A DNA stretch of 63,680 nt, counting the filler, from Lenisia limosa (lineage: Eukaryota > Protista > Breviatea): the NCBI GenBank assembly GCA_001655205.1. It is 16 parts of 16 records of this genome, joined end to end, with 100 filler letters (N's around TTAATTAATTAA, not from the genome) between each part and the next. Parts side by side here need not be neighbours in the genome. Positions count along the whole stretch, not along the records: positions 1 to 4,381 come from LPNZ01009580.1; positions 4,482 to 10,957 come from LPNZ01006849.1; positions 11,058 to 15,625 come from LPNZ01008953.1; 13 more parts are not named here. The stretch is one strand, 5' to 3'. Below the pieces are notes generated by a model. It saw nothing but the letters and a program-made list of their open reading frames with translations. It was not told the origin of the DNA and did not search any database. Below are positions 1 to 12,122 of this stretch, piece after piece. Numbering within the stretch: position 1 is the stretch's first letter; each line of letters starts with the position of its first letter. A program made the translations under genes and the position numbers.

Positions 1-126
1 AAAGAGGAAGGAGGGCTCAACCTACTTAAAAGAGGAAGGAGGGCTCAACCTACTTAAAAGGGGAAGGAGAGCTCAACCTACTTAAAAGAGGAAGGAGAGC
101 TCAACTGACTTAAAAGGGGAAGGAGA
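1..126. repeat. 28-bp tandem repeat (AAAAGAGGAAGGAGGGCTCAACCTACTT), ~4.5 copies, truncated by window start
   Basis: Unit recurs at 28, 56, 84 and 112 with few substitutions. Confidence 0.9.
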
Positions 127-471
127 ATTGCCTCTGGCTTCTAGTGACGACCCCCCGCATTAGTGGAATGAAAATGATACATCAATCAGTTATAGCACAT
201 AAGATATACACCTGAAATTACTGCTCAACTTGTCAGTAGGAGGCCGTCTTAACTCCTGGAAAATTAAGAAACGTTTTTGGATATTTAATCAGAAGAGAAA
301 GAATGGAGACTTGTCGGTCAATTATCATATGAGTGTATAGTGGTAATATTGGAAAATGCTAACTGGTGAAACGACCCACAAAAGTGATGCGATGATACAT
401 AACCACACCCCCGCCCCCCGTTTTTGGGCCTTTTTTTATAGATATTTAGTATATCATATAGGTGGGGTCAC

Positions 472-3123
472 ATGAACGCGCCCAGTAACATGAACGCGGC
501 GCCCACTTTTTGAAAAATGATCCTTTTTGGGCCAAAAACCCTTTATAAATCACCGGTATGTTTTTTAAATAAATAAACAGTTGGAAAGCAAAAATAAGCC
601 AATTTTTTTTGATAGAAAATTCTAGAATAGTCTCTGAAAAAGTTCAGTTCATTTCCCTTTACTCGAGATTTTTTTTGTGTGAAGACCCACCCCCTTTTTA
701 CTCTTCAGAAGTCAATTTTTTTTGTAGGTCTGGAATGTGGCGGGCTTGATAGGGGGGTTGTATGCCGATTGATTTCTGGAATTGTTTTTGAAAACACACA
801 TTTTTACAATGAGACTAATCATCAGTATAATTAAGCCGCTTTTTGCAAGAAATAGTCCGATTTCGCCAGTATTTACTCATTTTTAGGCGGAATTCACGAT
901 TGTTCTTCTGAAGGATTTAGTGGGAGGGTCAATCATTGTGGTTTTGATAATATTTCGAAAAATATGTTCTTTTATGTGTAGCTACTACTACAAAACGTAA
1001 TTCAATTCCTGTAAAAACAATCCAGAAAACAGCTATTTTATATATGATTCTATGTTAGTGAATTTCCAGAATTTTTTAGGTGACAGTTTCAATACTAATC
1101 ACTTTTAGAAAGTATTTGCAATGGATGCTTTTTAAGAAGGCTTCAACAAACTCAGTGATAAAGTTGGCATGATTCTTTAAAATTTCTTGATTTCTTATTC
1201 TCCCATCTTTTATCACCCATTTTGCAGAGCCAGTATAAATTGGAGTACCTTCGCTTGGAAGGCACCAGCGCTACACTTTCCAGAACCTGAACAACCATGA
1301 AAAAATTTTCACTGTATTCTCCATTGCTTGGGACTTGAATAAGCCCGTTCCTTCAGAGCGAGAGGTGCAAACAATGCTCCAAGTATGATTACTTTGCTAT
1401 AATATAACACATTAGCTGAAGTCAAAGGCAACTGTACACAAGTACAAGGATGGTTACGTGCCAAAGACAAAGGGAGGGCAAATAAAGCTTGACCCTGGTC
1501 TTGAACCAGCGTTGCTATCCCAACTTTATGAACAAATACTCACAGGAAATGCCCCAGAATCATCAAAAGTGCGTGAAATGGTTTGTTTTTTGCCTTTTTG
1601 ATTTCATCTAGGCTGAAAAACTTATTTCTCAGCATGTTGGCAAAGTTGTGAAATTATCAAGAATGTGGATACCGAGGTTTATCAAGAAGTTCCCCATCCT
1701 CAAAACTGCTGTGAGATCCTCTAAATTACTACTTATTATGTAGAAGCCCAACTCTCTTGACAAATCAAGATCTACTGCACATGACCCAGCAAGATATATG
1801 CAACATGCTACTGCTCTTGCAAAGGTTCTTCATGAAAACAAAATTCATCCAAAACTCATATACAATTGTGACGAAACCATGGTTGAAGTATCAGAGTCAA
1901 CCCCCGCCAAAGTTATCACACTCAATGAGTCAAAGAATATTTACAAGCTTTCGTCTGATGGAGGACAAGTATCTCATATCACCCTGGTGGCGACCATAAG
2001 GTAAGTATCCACTTCTTGTATCACCCCCAGCACCAATCTGGAAAATGTAAAACCTGTCTTTCTTGTTGCACAAAAAACATCGAAAGCGGAAAATGCTATT
2101 TTGGAAGAGCATGACGCAATCATAATTGAAGCTGCAAATAGCTGGCAGGTTTGTTAGCCTTGTGTTTTGAAGACTTCAGAACGTCCAATCATTCACAGAG
2201 TATGTCATGGCTACCCTTATTCCACAAGTTGAAGCAGATCGTGTGAGACTTGGGCTGTCAAAGGATATTTGGGCACTGTTCAAGATATGCCTTTGTTGCC
2301 CTGTAGGCCCTTTTGAGACATAATATCCTTCTTTACCTTTTCCCTTCACACACTTCACAGTGCACTCAGCCTCTTGACTTGTTGATATTTGGCGTTCTCA
2401 AAAAAGCGCTCAACTTTTGAATACTCCTGCCATAATTCAAGAAGTCAAATCTGCAAAGAAGGAAAATCAGGACCCTCAAGTTGCCAAAGATGCATGGGTA
2501 AACCTGGCCGAGATCCGAGATACAATTACGGAGGCTGAAATCAAGTATTTCCATGATAACCCTGACTTGTTGCCATGGACATCTCATTGGAAAGGACCCC
2601 AATTTGGCGTTTAGTCCTGGTACTGGTCCAAGAAGATCGATTACGCCGACCACAGAGTTACAATGGTACGAACGACTCCTGGAAGAGTTCAAAGAAGAAG
2701 TTGCTGAAAAAGAACGTGAGTTAACTGCTGTTTTCTTAACTTTTAGGTACAAAGCATCGTGAAAGTATGAATAAGAGAAAAAGGACAGCCTTAAAAAGAC
2801 GGGCAACAACTGCAGTCCCTGGTAAAGAAAGTGTTTGATTGTAATTTACATTTCAAGAACCGAAAAAAATAACCCGTGCTAAAAAAGGGAAGGCTCACAA
2901 TAACGCAACTAGAGTAAGAGGTCACGATTTTCCTGACTATTTTAGGCCTAGTCATTTCCTAACATTTGGATTTTGTGCGTTATTGTTTTTGTCAAAGTGT
3001 TTTGCTGTAATGTAGAAAGTTTGATTCAAAGAGTTGCAAAAACAATTATTTTTTTGAATACTTTCCTGATATTAAGAAAAATCGAAAAAGTGGGCGGCGC
3101 GTTCATGTTACTGGCGCGTTCAT
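472..3123 (+). mobile_element. pogo/Tigger-like (DDE_1) DNA transposon copy 1, bounded by ~39-bp inverted repeats
   Basis: 472-511 ATGAACGCGCCCAGTAACATGAACGCGGCGCCCACTTTTT is the near-exact reverse complement of 3085-3123; the IRs enclose a DDE_1 transposase. The outermost termini and TSD are not resolved. Confidence 0.8.
1230..2762 (+). pseudogene. Intron-containing pogo-family transposase (HTH + DDE_1), probably degenerate
   Basis: Removing GT-AG introns at 1383-1415, 1581-1611, 1711-1743, 2001-2030 and 2149-2179 gives ...SKVREM|AEKLISQH...WIPRFIKKFPILK...IYNCDETMV...HITLVATIS...ANSWQ|NVQSFTEYV...QPLDLLIFGVLKKALN. The middle catalytic Asp motif is disrupted and frameshifts are present. Confidence 0.85.
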
Positions 3124-3229
3124 TTTATTTATTGTTTTAAAAAAATACAAATTTTACCNNNNNNNNNNNNNNNNNNNNNNNNNNNNNNNNNNNNNNNNNN
3201 NNNNNNNNNNNNNGGCCCCATGTATTCGA

Positions 3230-4165
3230 ATTAAAACCTGGGGGGTACTGCGCCGGCGACTGTGACGGCGACGTGGGGGACATGGGGTTGGGTCCCGGGG
3301 GTCCCTACGAAGTTAGACGTTAAAAATTTAAATAATACAAGGTTGTATCTGACCGGAGCCGTCCTTCATATTAATATAGTATTACAATTTTCATCCTTAA
3401 AACGAATGGCGCTCACCTTATTGAATCTAGGTCCTTGGAAGTCGTCATTTCTCATGGGGCCTCCTAAAGTGTCAAATGGATTCACTGGGACTTGCTTATG
3501 GTCCAGAAAAGACCGGTAAAATATCGATATCTATCGGGGACTTTTCGAAATACAGTCTATTTTGGGACCGTAGTGAAGTCCTCATTATTGAAAAAATCCA
3601 TATGAGTCTCGCAAATGTGATTACTATGACTTATAATCAGTCTTTATTAAAAAAAAAAAAAACTAGAACCCACCTTGAGGGGGACCAGGTCTATTTGAGG
3701 GGGGCACCTGAGGAGGGCCTTGGCCGGGGGGTCCNNNNNNNNNNNNNNNNNNNNNNNNNNNNNNNNNNNNNNNNNNNNNNNNNNNNNNNNNNNNNNNNNN
3801 NNNNNNNNNNNNNNNNNNNNNNNNNNNNNNNNNNNNNNNNNNNNNNNNNNNNNNNNNNNNNNNNNNNNNNNNNNNNNNNTTCATTCAAGCACAATTTTAT
3901 TTTTATATAAAATTCACTCACTCGTGATAACCTTGTCCACCATGAAAGGACTACCGCTGTATTACTAATTTAACCACCGATCATTTGCTTTGAATCCACA
4001 AACAAAATACACAGTGTTTTGAGTTAACTTCTTCAAACTCCCATTTTTATTTCTCATTTCTTAATAAACCAACCTGGAAGGCCCTGGCCTTGAGGGGGAC
4101 CAGGTCTATTTGAGGGGGGTCCCTGAGGAGGGCCTTGGCCGGGGGGTCCGGGGCGGTTCGGGCCT
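3230..4165 (-). CDS. Pro/Gly-rich protein, 3' exons with repeated exon units (partial)
   Basis: Minus-strand exons GPNRPGPPGQGPPQGPPSNRPGPPQGQGLP (4078-4160), a near-identical unit at 3663-3734, GGPMRNDDFQGPRFNK and GPPGPNPMSPTSPSQSPAQYPP; most have visible AG/GT ends. Confidence 0.55.
3486..3582. mobile_element. hAT-type MITE family, degenerate copy
   Basis: Shares the core GACCGGTAAAATATCGAT and eroded TIRs with the 56472-56570 copy. Confidence 0.65.
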
Positions 4166-4381
4166 AATGTGTCAATCCAAGTTATCGTATCAAAATGAAC
4201 TTTATTTAAGCGTTAACAGAATGAATATTGTGATTCTCAAAATATAGACAAAATGTAATTATTTGTGAACAGCCTTCAGTGTAAATTCAACAGGAGAATA
4301 TTTAAATGGTGTAGTGGATAGAAGGCTTGGATCTGATGTTAGGTGTATATTTATTTCTACATATGCAGGTGTTCTCTTCTT

Positions 4382-4481
4382 NNNNNNNNNNNNNNNNNNN
4401 NNNNNNNNNNNNNNNNNNNNNNNNNTTAATTAATTAANNNNNNNNNNNNNNNNNNNNNNNNNNNNNNNNNNNNNNNNNNNN
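4382..4481. other. Artificial 100-bp contig linker (44N-TTAATTAATTAA-44N). The core also occurs at 11002, 15670, 20818, 26856, 29186, 34498, 36792, 41109, 42601, 45893, 51207, 55160, 58109 and 62281
   Basis: Identical six-frame-stop 12-mer embedded in N runs 15 times; genes are cut at these points. Confidence 0.97.
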
Positions 4482-4880
4482 CAGCATCGCATCCATCAAA
4501 GCTGGATGGACAGAGCGTAGAAGGAGGGAAAATGGAAAATGTGAAACAACTAACAACAAAACAAGTCATGCTCATATCATATTCTTTTTTTTGAGTTCAA
4601 CTTCCAACTTCACAATTCAATCCTGCCAAATACATGTAGAATAAGCCCAGCGATGTTACTCAAGTTAAGCACCAAAGGACAGCTCATCCCTTTGTCACAA
4701 CCACACTGATTGTCAATATCGTACCAGACATTTGCAGTTCAACCATTGCAGTTTATTTCACAAGACAAAAGCAGAACCATGAACTTTTGAAGTTGCTTTC
4801 CCTTGATTTTAAACCCCTTCCCATCCCAAATTCTGTTTAATGTGAAAATTCTTAAAGAACAGCCCCCCATCACCCTCTTT

Positions 4881-5580
4881 TCACTGCCTTCGCAAGAATG
4901 ATATGGTACTATCTTGGAATGCAGCGGGCACACTAACCTCTAACTCCGATGCGTTTTCGGCGGCTTTACGTTCGAATTCTTCGAGCTTCTCTTGCCAGAG
5001 GGCGGTGAGGCTCTCTTTCTCCCTTTCATACGTCTGATCTAGCTCATCCTGAAGAAGAGAGTTCGAATTAGCAACTTCTTCTTCCCTCACAACTTCAATC
5101 CTAGATATATCAGCAAGGTTCACTGTCAAAACGACCATTTTACTCGAAACTGACAAAGAAAAGCCTTCAACTGACTTTTTCTTCAAGGCTACAGTCTTGT
5201 CGTGGATACCTTGTGCTTCAACATAACGTTTTGCCGACTCAGCTTCGATCAACTCGAGTTCCAGGCTTTCACTAAAATACATAAGCGAACAAGACCTTTA
5301 ATTCGCCTACAGCTGGGACTCTAAATCAGCAACGCTGCCCATTGTTTGCTTTCCAGATGTCTAGAAGTCTATTCTGTCTTCAAAAAAATAACAATTACAG
5401 AAACAACTCGGAATATAACTAAAGTATGAGGGCACTATGGTGGCAATATGGGGGTCAAGATGAAACGCCGCTCTTTGTGACAGGAGTGCGGATTGAGGCA
5501 AACGCAGAATCGGATTTTAACCGAGCCTTTTAAGAGAGCTTTGCCTTGCTCTGACTGTCTTATTTCAACACCTAAAGAAT
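4881..5580 (-). CDS. Coiled-coil protein fragment, unidentified
   Basis: E/K-rich heptad-like ORF 4881-5282 (LELIEAESAKRYVEAQ...LWQEKLEEFERKAAENA) plus possible upstream exons. Confidence 0.4.
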
Positions 5581-5927
5581 AAATTTATATTATTAACATT
5601 CTTTAAACAATATTTATTAGCGTAATATCCCCCAACGGTCCAAGTTCTGAAGGTAGAGGCAGAACTTTGTTTCGCTCAGTAAGAATTTCTCAAGACCCTG
5701 GGTCAATTTTGTCTTTTAGGGTCGGGTCGAAAATTTTTGGCAAGAATTCCATTTTTTGTTATGTTTAAAATTTTTGAGTTAATGGATAATGCTACATAAG
5801 TCATAGATTAGCTTCAACAATGGCCCCAAGGGCGGTTATAGATTCGGTCTGATGGGGCTTAACCCTTTTAATGTGCTTGGTTTATGTTAATTGTGAAACC
5901 TATGACTATACACCCTAACTTACCGCA

Positions 5928-8152
5928 GAAAATCCATCGTTTAGTTGCAGAAGGAAACGTTGTTGAGCTTAATGTAGAGCTAGCCTTACATATATCAGAC
6001 ATTGACTCGCCATGGGTAAGTTTGGCTGTTTTTTTAGAACTCTAAAGAGGTCCTCTCTCTGGGACTTGACTAGTTTTCTATGAGAACCTCTTCGTCTCAC
6101 GTTAACATAGAGAGGACTAACGCCACTCACAATTGCGGCCTCGGTCGGTCACTTAGAGACTGTGAAACTTCTTCTTGAAAGGAAGGCAAATGTCGATGGA
6201 TACCCTTCAAGCTCACAGTCTACTGTAAGTGTTGAACAGTATCATGAACTTTATGCTCACAAGTCCCAGTTTCTAGGGGTTGTTTTCCCACCAATTGTCT
6301 GTGCTGCAGGCCAGGGTCACCTTGGAGTCGTACAAACGCTTCTACAGGCTGGAGCTAACATAAACCTGCAGACAGCCCTTCTCCAGGTTTGGAATGAGTT
6401 AATTTTTTTTTGGTGTTCTTTGTTTTGTGAAGGGCACAGATCTTTTAAGACAGAAATTATGGATATAACTGCCATAGCAATGTCGCAAATCCTCAGTTGG
6501 TATCCAATCTCTTCGGCTCATGTCGCCAAAGGGAGCCTCACAGGTCAATGCCTTGTGGATGGCAGCAGTTAGGGGACAGATAGAGGTTGCAGACTTCCTC
6601 CTGCAGAATGGAGCGAGCTTTCCTTCTACAGAGAGAGGGACCTCTCCTCTGACTGCGGCAGTGGATAATGAGTGTCTTCCGGCCGTCGAATATCTAATAC
6701 CGAAGTCCTCCATGGAAATAAGGGTAAGTGTCCCAAGAATGCCGCTCTCTTGCAGTTTCCTTCTTGATCACTTCCCGGTTTCCTTTTTTGAAAGTCACCC
6801 TGCAGACCCAAGCCCTGAATCTTGCACTTCACAAGTCCTTCCATGAGGCTTCCCTGTTGTTAGCAAGACAGACGCCGATTCCCAAGGTTGGCTCTGTTTT
6901 GGGTCGCGATTTGTGATGATTCCCTCATATCTCGTGCATCCTTTGACATTCTTTCGTGTTGGTTTCCTCCGTAGCATCAAGTATTTTTCCTTATTCCTCC
7001 ATATCTAAGGCCACTGGGGATAATAATGGTTATTCATTGCGGTGCTCAAAGCCACCTCATTGCTTTGTCATCTTCGGTTAGAAGCCCTGTTCCAGGGCCG
7101 AAAAAATATTGCATTTCAATTGAGACACTACTCCCCCGTTTGAATGTAGCACAAGTGTAAAATGGATATTTATTCTCAAATGAAGCCATAAATGTCCTTG
7201 GGTTCTATTTTTTTTTTTTATTTGAGTTAATTTTTTTTGGACTTGAGGTCTGGCAGAACACCCTAAGTTCTTGTACTTTATGACAAGCTCAATCTGGGCT
7301 TATTTCCACAGATACAAAGTGATTTATTGGACAAGCTGGATTTGATTTCTCATTTCTGTGTTGTCCACAAACCAAGTATCTAGCTTTGTTTTACCCCGGA
7401 CAGGGCCTGGTAGCAGAGTACGCACAAGACGAGTTCAGGATGGAGTACTTACTACTCACACTGGGTGCTTCACCGAATGACAGAGATGCGGTATGTTGTT
7501 GTTCTTATTTGGTGTTACTTTCTTCTTTCAATCGTTGATTCTTTTTTACTTTTTTTTTTTCTTTTTTTCTTCTTCTTTTCGTCTGTGTTCTTCATTTGCA
7601 ACTGGGGTGATTCCTTAAAAAGTCGAAAGTGTTCCCTCGATTCCACATCTTTCCTGCTGTACATTCGCATCACGCCCTCCAGGACGGCACGCCCATTCTC
7701 AACATTATCCTGGCTGAGATCACTACGCGGCCGAAGCAGGTCGAAAACGTCTACAGGCGCGCCACAATGCTTCTTGACGCCGGTGCCAAGCCCAGTCTCA
7801 GGGATGCTGTGGGGGGGGGGGGGNNNNNNNNNNNNNNNNNNNNNNNNNNNNNNNNNNNNNNNNNNNNNNNNNNNNNNNNNNNNNNNNNNNNNNNNNNNNN
7901 CTAATCACGATTAGGGTAATGTATGCATAGTGAGAGTTTTGTAGCTTTAATGATGATCAAAGAGCAATTCTCTATGATATCTTTATCCACAAGAGAAAGC
8001 TTGGAGTTTGATATGAAGCTTGCTAACTTCTCAGAGAGGCAACTCGGCATTCATGACGGCATGCAATAACACCGGGCTTCACTCATGTCTGGTCCGGTTC
8101 ACTTCCCTTCTTCTGTCCTATGACAAACACGCCGCCGCTGTTCCCAATTTGG
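5928..8152 (+). CDS. Ankyrin-repeat protein (multi-exon)
   Basis: Exons encode GLTPLTIAASVGHLETVKLLLERKANVD, PPIVCAAGQGHLGVVQTLLQAGANIN, NALWMAAVRGQIEVADFLLQNGA, TSPLTAAVDNECLPAVEYLI and RGNSAFMTACNN. Confidence 0.9.
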
Positions 8153-8614
8153 TAAGTGCTGTTATTCTTGGAGGCAGGGGTGTTTGGTTGCCAAATGTGT
8201 GGGGTCTTCTTGTGTGTGAGAAAGCACATAATTCCTAGCCTTTTTTAAGCCTTTTTTAACCACTAGCTTGGCGAACATGCTCATATTGCGTGTCCTCTCC
8301 CCGATTCTCTTATAAGGAAAGTCAAGGCCCAAGTACGTGTGGGTTTTTTTTTTATAAAAATAATTATCTTCAAAAACACTCATGTCAAACCAGGTTCGAG
8401 ATTCGCACGCGCGGATCCCCCAGGATTATTTGTCAAATTTAGAGGCAGTACCAGCTCTAGAGAAGGTAGTAGGGATGGTGTGGACGGCTTCTTCTGTTAT
8501 TAGTATGACACCATATTGTCTTAGGTTTTATTCTCCACCACTGAGAGCGATATAAATACTATCACATATGATGCAATGAACTCTAGAATGGTAATATGCT
8601 ATATAACCCCTCGT

Positions 8615-10190
8615 TCAGAAGAAGGCAGTGAAGCGTCCCCGTATGGATCCGAGTTTATCACCCCCATTAATGCCGCCCACCCCCGGACAAGTCTCCATTA
8701 AGTCCCCGACACTCACTTCGGTAAGATGTGGGAACTGAAAGAAAAATTGGGTTTTGTGCAAATAGTTTTCGAAGTTACCGTGTCTGAAATGAGCGGATCT
8801 GATTTGTAATTTGCCTCTTATCAATCTCAATTAACCATCGCAATTTCTTTGTATTTTTATTTTTTATTTTTTTATTTCCATTTTCACTTTCATAAATTTT
8901 CCAATTTTACTGTNNNNNNNNNNNNNNNNNNNNNNNNNNNNNNNNNNNNNNNNNNNNNNNNNNNNNNNNNNNNNNNNNNNNNNNNNNNNNNNNNNNNNNN
9001 NNNNNNNNNNNNGGTGAAGGTCAGCCTTGGCCTTGGCGAAATCCCGGACCAGTCTTCCAGTGCCGGGTCCCTACCTTTTGCCCAGGTCTGCTGCGGCTTA
9101 CTGAAAGACTACATTAATAAATCCTGAGATACAAGCAATTGATGGATAGAGTAAATTGTTTTTTTTTGTTTTGTTTTTTTGGTGTTGTTTTTTTTTTGTT
9201 TCATTCATTTTCATTATTCACGGGATACGGTGCTGCAGAAGCGACTGGCCTGGACTTTGTTTGTTTTGCTGTTCATAACCCTCGTGTGTTGGCAGCCAAC
9301 AGAGTTGATTTTGGGCTTTATTTATTTCATTTTCATTACCCCCCCCCCCCAGCTGCCAAACATGGNNNNNNNNNNNNNNNNNNNNNNNNNNNNNNNNNNN
9401 NNNNNNNNNNNNNNNNNNNNNNNNNNNNNNNNNNNNNNNNNNNNNNNNNNNNNNNNNNNNNNNNNNNNNNNNNATGCCCAAATTCTCCAGCAACAGCAGG
9501 AACTTCTACAACAGCAACAACTCATTAACCACCTTCTCCAACAACAACAACAGCAGCAGCCCGCTGCTGCAGCCCCCCAAGCCAATCCTTTCCAACAGCA
9601 ATCCCCTTTATTGCACCACCCTGTCCCCTCAGCTGCCCCCCTCATGCAGCCGCCTTCACTCNNNNNNNNNNNNNNNNNNNNNNNNNNNNNNNNNNNNNNN
9701 NNNNNNNNNNNNNNNNNNNNNNNNNNNNNNNNNNNNNNNNNNNNNNNNNNNNNNNNNNNNNNNNNNNNNNNNNNNNNNNNNNNNNNNNNNNNNNNNNNNN
9801 NNNNNNNNNNNNNNNNNNNNNNNNNNNNNNNNNNNNNNNNNNNNNNNNNNNNNNTAAAAGATTCTCCATCTCTAACTTTTAAATAAAGTGAAATTTTATT
9901 GTCCAAAAAGGAAGACTGCCAGGTTTCATTTAATTTTTATTCAGGGGCCCATCACTTTGCTAACGGAATTCAGTCGAATGCGTCTGTCCACTCCACTGCC
10001 ACCACCGCCTTCGACCAGTTGTCACAATCTAACATGGTGGGCTGCACTCTTTTGGTTCGACACTAAATGCAAGAAATACTGGCAAAATCAAGAGCAATAA
10101 TCTAAACGTCTTCCAGGGGGGATCTGTATCCTCAGCTCCAACTGCGACCTTCGAGAATATGCCAAATAATTTCGTTTGTGGGGTATTTAC
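8615..10190 (+). CDS. Pro/Ser/Gln-rich low-complexity exons, probably the C-terminal part of the upstream ankyrin gene
   Basis: Same contig and strand; exons KKAVKRPRMDPSLSPPLMPPTPG, QILQQQQELLQQQQLINHLLQQQQQQQPAAAAP and AHHFANGIQSNASVHST. The join to the ankyrin part is inferred. Confidence 0.55.
9245..9352 (+). repeat. Intron-3'-end repeat family, representative copy (Introner-like candidate)
   Basis: CCCTCGTGTGTTGGCAGCCAACAGAGTTGATTTTGGGCTTT...poly-C-AG; related copies occur in more than 12 introns of unrelated genes. Confidence 0.8.
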
Positions 10191-11439
10191 TTACGTACGT
10201 ATATCATATAGTATACGTATACGTATACTAGGACATGTACACTATACTGTATATACTCGAGGTCCTAAACTATATTGAGAAAAATGCGAGCATAAACTGA
10301 AAAAAATTGCGCGAGCGTGGCGCTAAAAAAATTAAATTTCCACGATAAAGTGCTGATCTTGCAAAAAACAATTTTTTGAAAGGTTATATTTTTCTTTGTT
10401 TTCCTTCATAAACAAATTAAGTGTGTAGATCTCAGAAATATATTACTGTTTTGAAGGGGAATAGCTGATTTGGCGACCGTAAATAATTAACGACATTAAT
10501 TCGATATAGCGACATAATTTTGGACCTTGAGCATATAGTATGTATGATGCTTGACTACTTTGTATGCTTTGGTAAAAACAGTGTCATCCAATTACTTTAG
10601 CCTCATTAATATCATATGATATAGCTTTTATAATTATAAGCCAAATCAATACAATGTATACATCAATACATTTGGTCTTAAAATGTATGTTTTACCAAAA
10701 GTTAAAAATTTTGAGCTTTGTATATCGGAAACACTGACCCTTCAAAGGAAGCTTTCAAAGCCCCTTGCCTTCAAGACCAAACAGTTCATATGGGACAGGT
10801 GAAGGGGAGGTATTCTTGATAATCGGAAAACAGAATTGAAAGATGGGGATGGTTGGTATTTCATTACACCAATGTTCACCATCAGTGGTACCTTTGTTTG
10901 AGTGTTGATTTTTTTTATTACTTTTTTTTTATACATATTTTCCCTTTTTCCTTCCCCNNNNNNNNNNNNNNNNNNNNNNNNNNNNNNNNNNNNNNNNNNN
11001 NTTAATTAATTAANNNNNNNNNNNNNNNNNNNNNNNNNNNNNNNNNNNNNNNNNNNNTCCTCTCTAAATGTTGACATACATCCGAGGCCCTATATGTTAA
11101 TTGTTTTCAAAAAAAAAGTGAAGCCTACTCGGTATCAGCTGTATCTTCAATTCTATCAGAAAAAAATTGTTGAAAAAAATTCAAACTGTAACAAAAGGGG
11201 AAAACAAAAGAAAAAAACTGGTAAAAAGACGAATGAACTGGACTGAACTGAACTGATATTTTTGGAAAATGAAAATCCCAAAATAGTGTAATTTTTTGAA
11301 AATCTCAACTAAAACGGTAAAAAAATCCATTTGTATTGATAAAAATAGAAAAAGATTGACGAAAAATCATAAATGACACGGTTTCTCATAAATGACACGG
11401 TTTCCGTGCAGCAGCATATGATATATCATATCATATAGT

Positions 11440-12070
11440 ATATATATATGATCGATATGAAAAAAGTCATATTTACTATATGACATTTGCCATATTTGGG
11501 CTTCATATGCGTCATATTTTTGACATTCCGGTGACGTGTCACCAAAGTTTCCTTTTTTTTTTTTTCCCCTCACTTATTACCCTGTCCCCCTTGTCCCGTT
11601 AAGGATCATGATATTTGCATAAACTATGAAATTTGCGGCCGTTCACTATTCTATTTTTTTTTTGTAATTCTGGTTTTCTCAAGTAATTCTGCTTTTTTTT
11701 TATTATTTTTTTTTTATTTACGAGATTCACTCTTTTTGGGTAAAACAAGTCTAAAATAGGTAGATATATTGTGTTTGTTTCGAAAAATTAGAAGTGAAAT
11801 GATCTTGACGTGATTTGTTTTCTACTTCATTTCAAAAGTTGGTTTCAAATTCTTGTCAAAGTAAAATATTTGAGATACATAGAGCTCTAAATATTAAGCC
11901 CAAATTTTAAACTTTGAATTCCTTTTGAAGCCTATTCTAGATAACAAAAAAATAAATGCAGAATTACCGAAACAAATCAGAATTTTGAACGGATATTTGT
12001 TTGAAAATGTGATCGTTTTGAAAAAATATGATGAATTTCCCGAAAAATATGACATTTATAATTTCCCTAG
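11440..12070. repeat. Dispersed repeat shared with 23880-24135; this copy is interrupted by ~380 bp
   Basis: 11480-11630 and 12010-12070 align to 23915-24060 and 24085-24135 (CATATTTGGGCxTCATATGCGTCATATTTTTGACATTCCG...AAGGATCATGATATTTGCATAAA). Confidence 0.8.
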
Positions 12071-12122
12071 GATAATAAGTAATGATATAACATTATTATT
12101 ACCCTGCCTATCCTCTCTCTAG

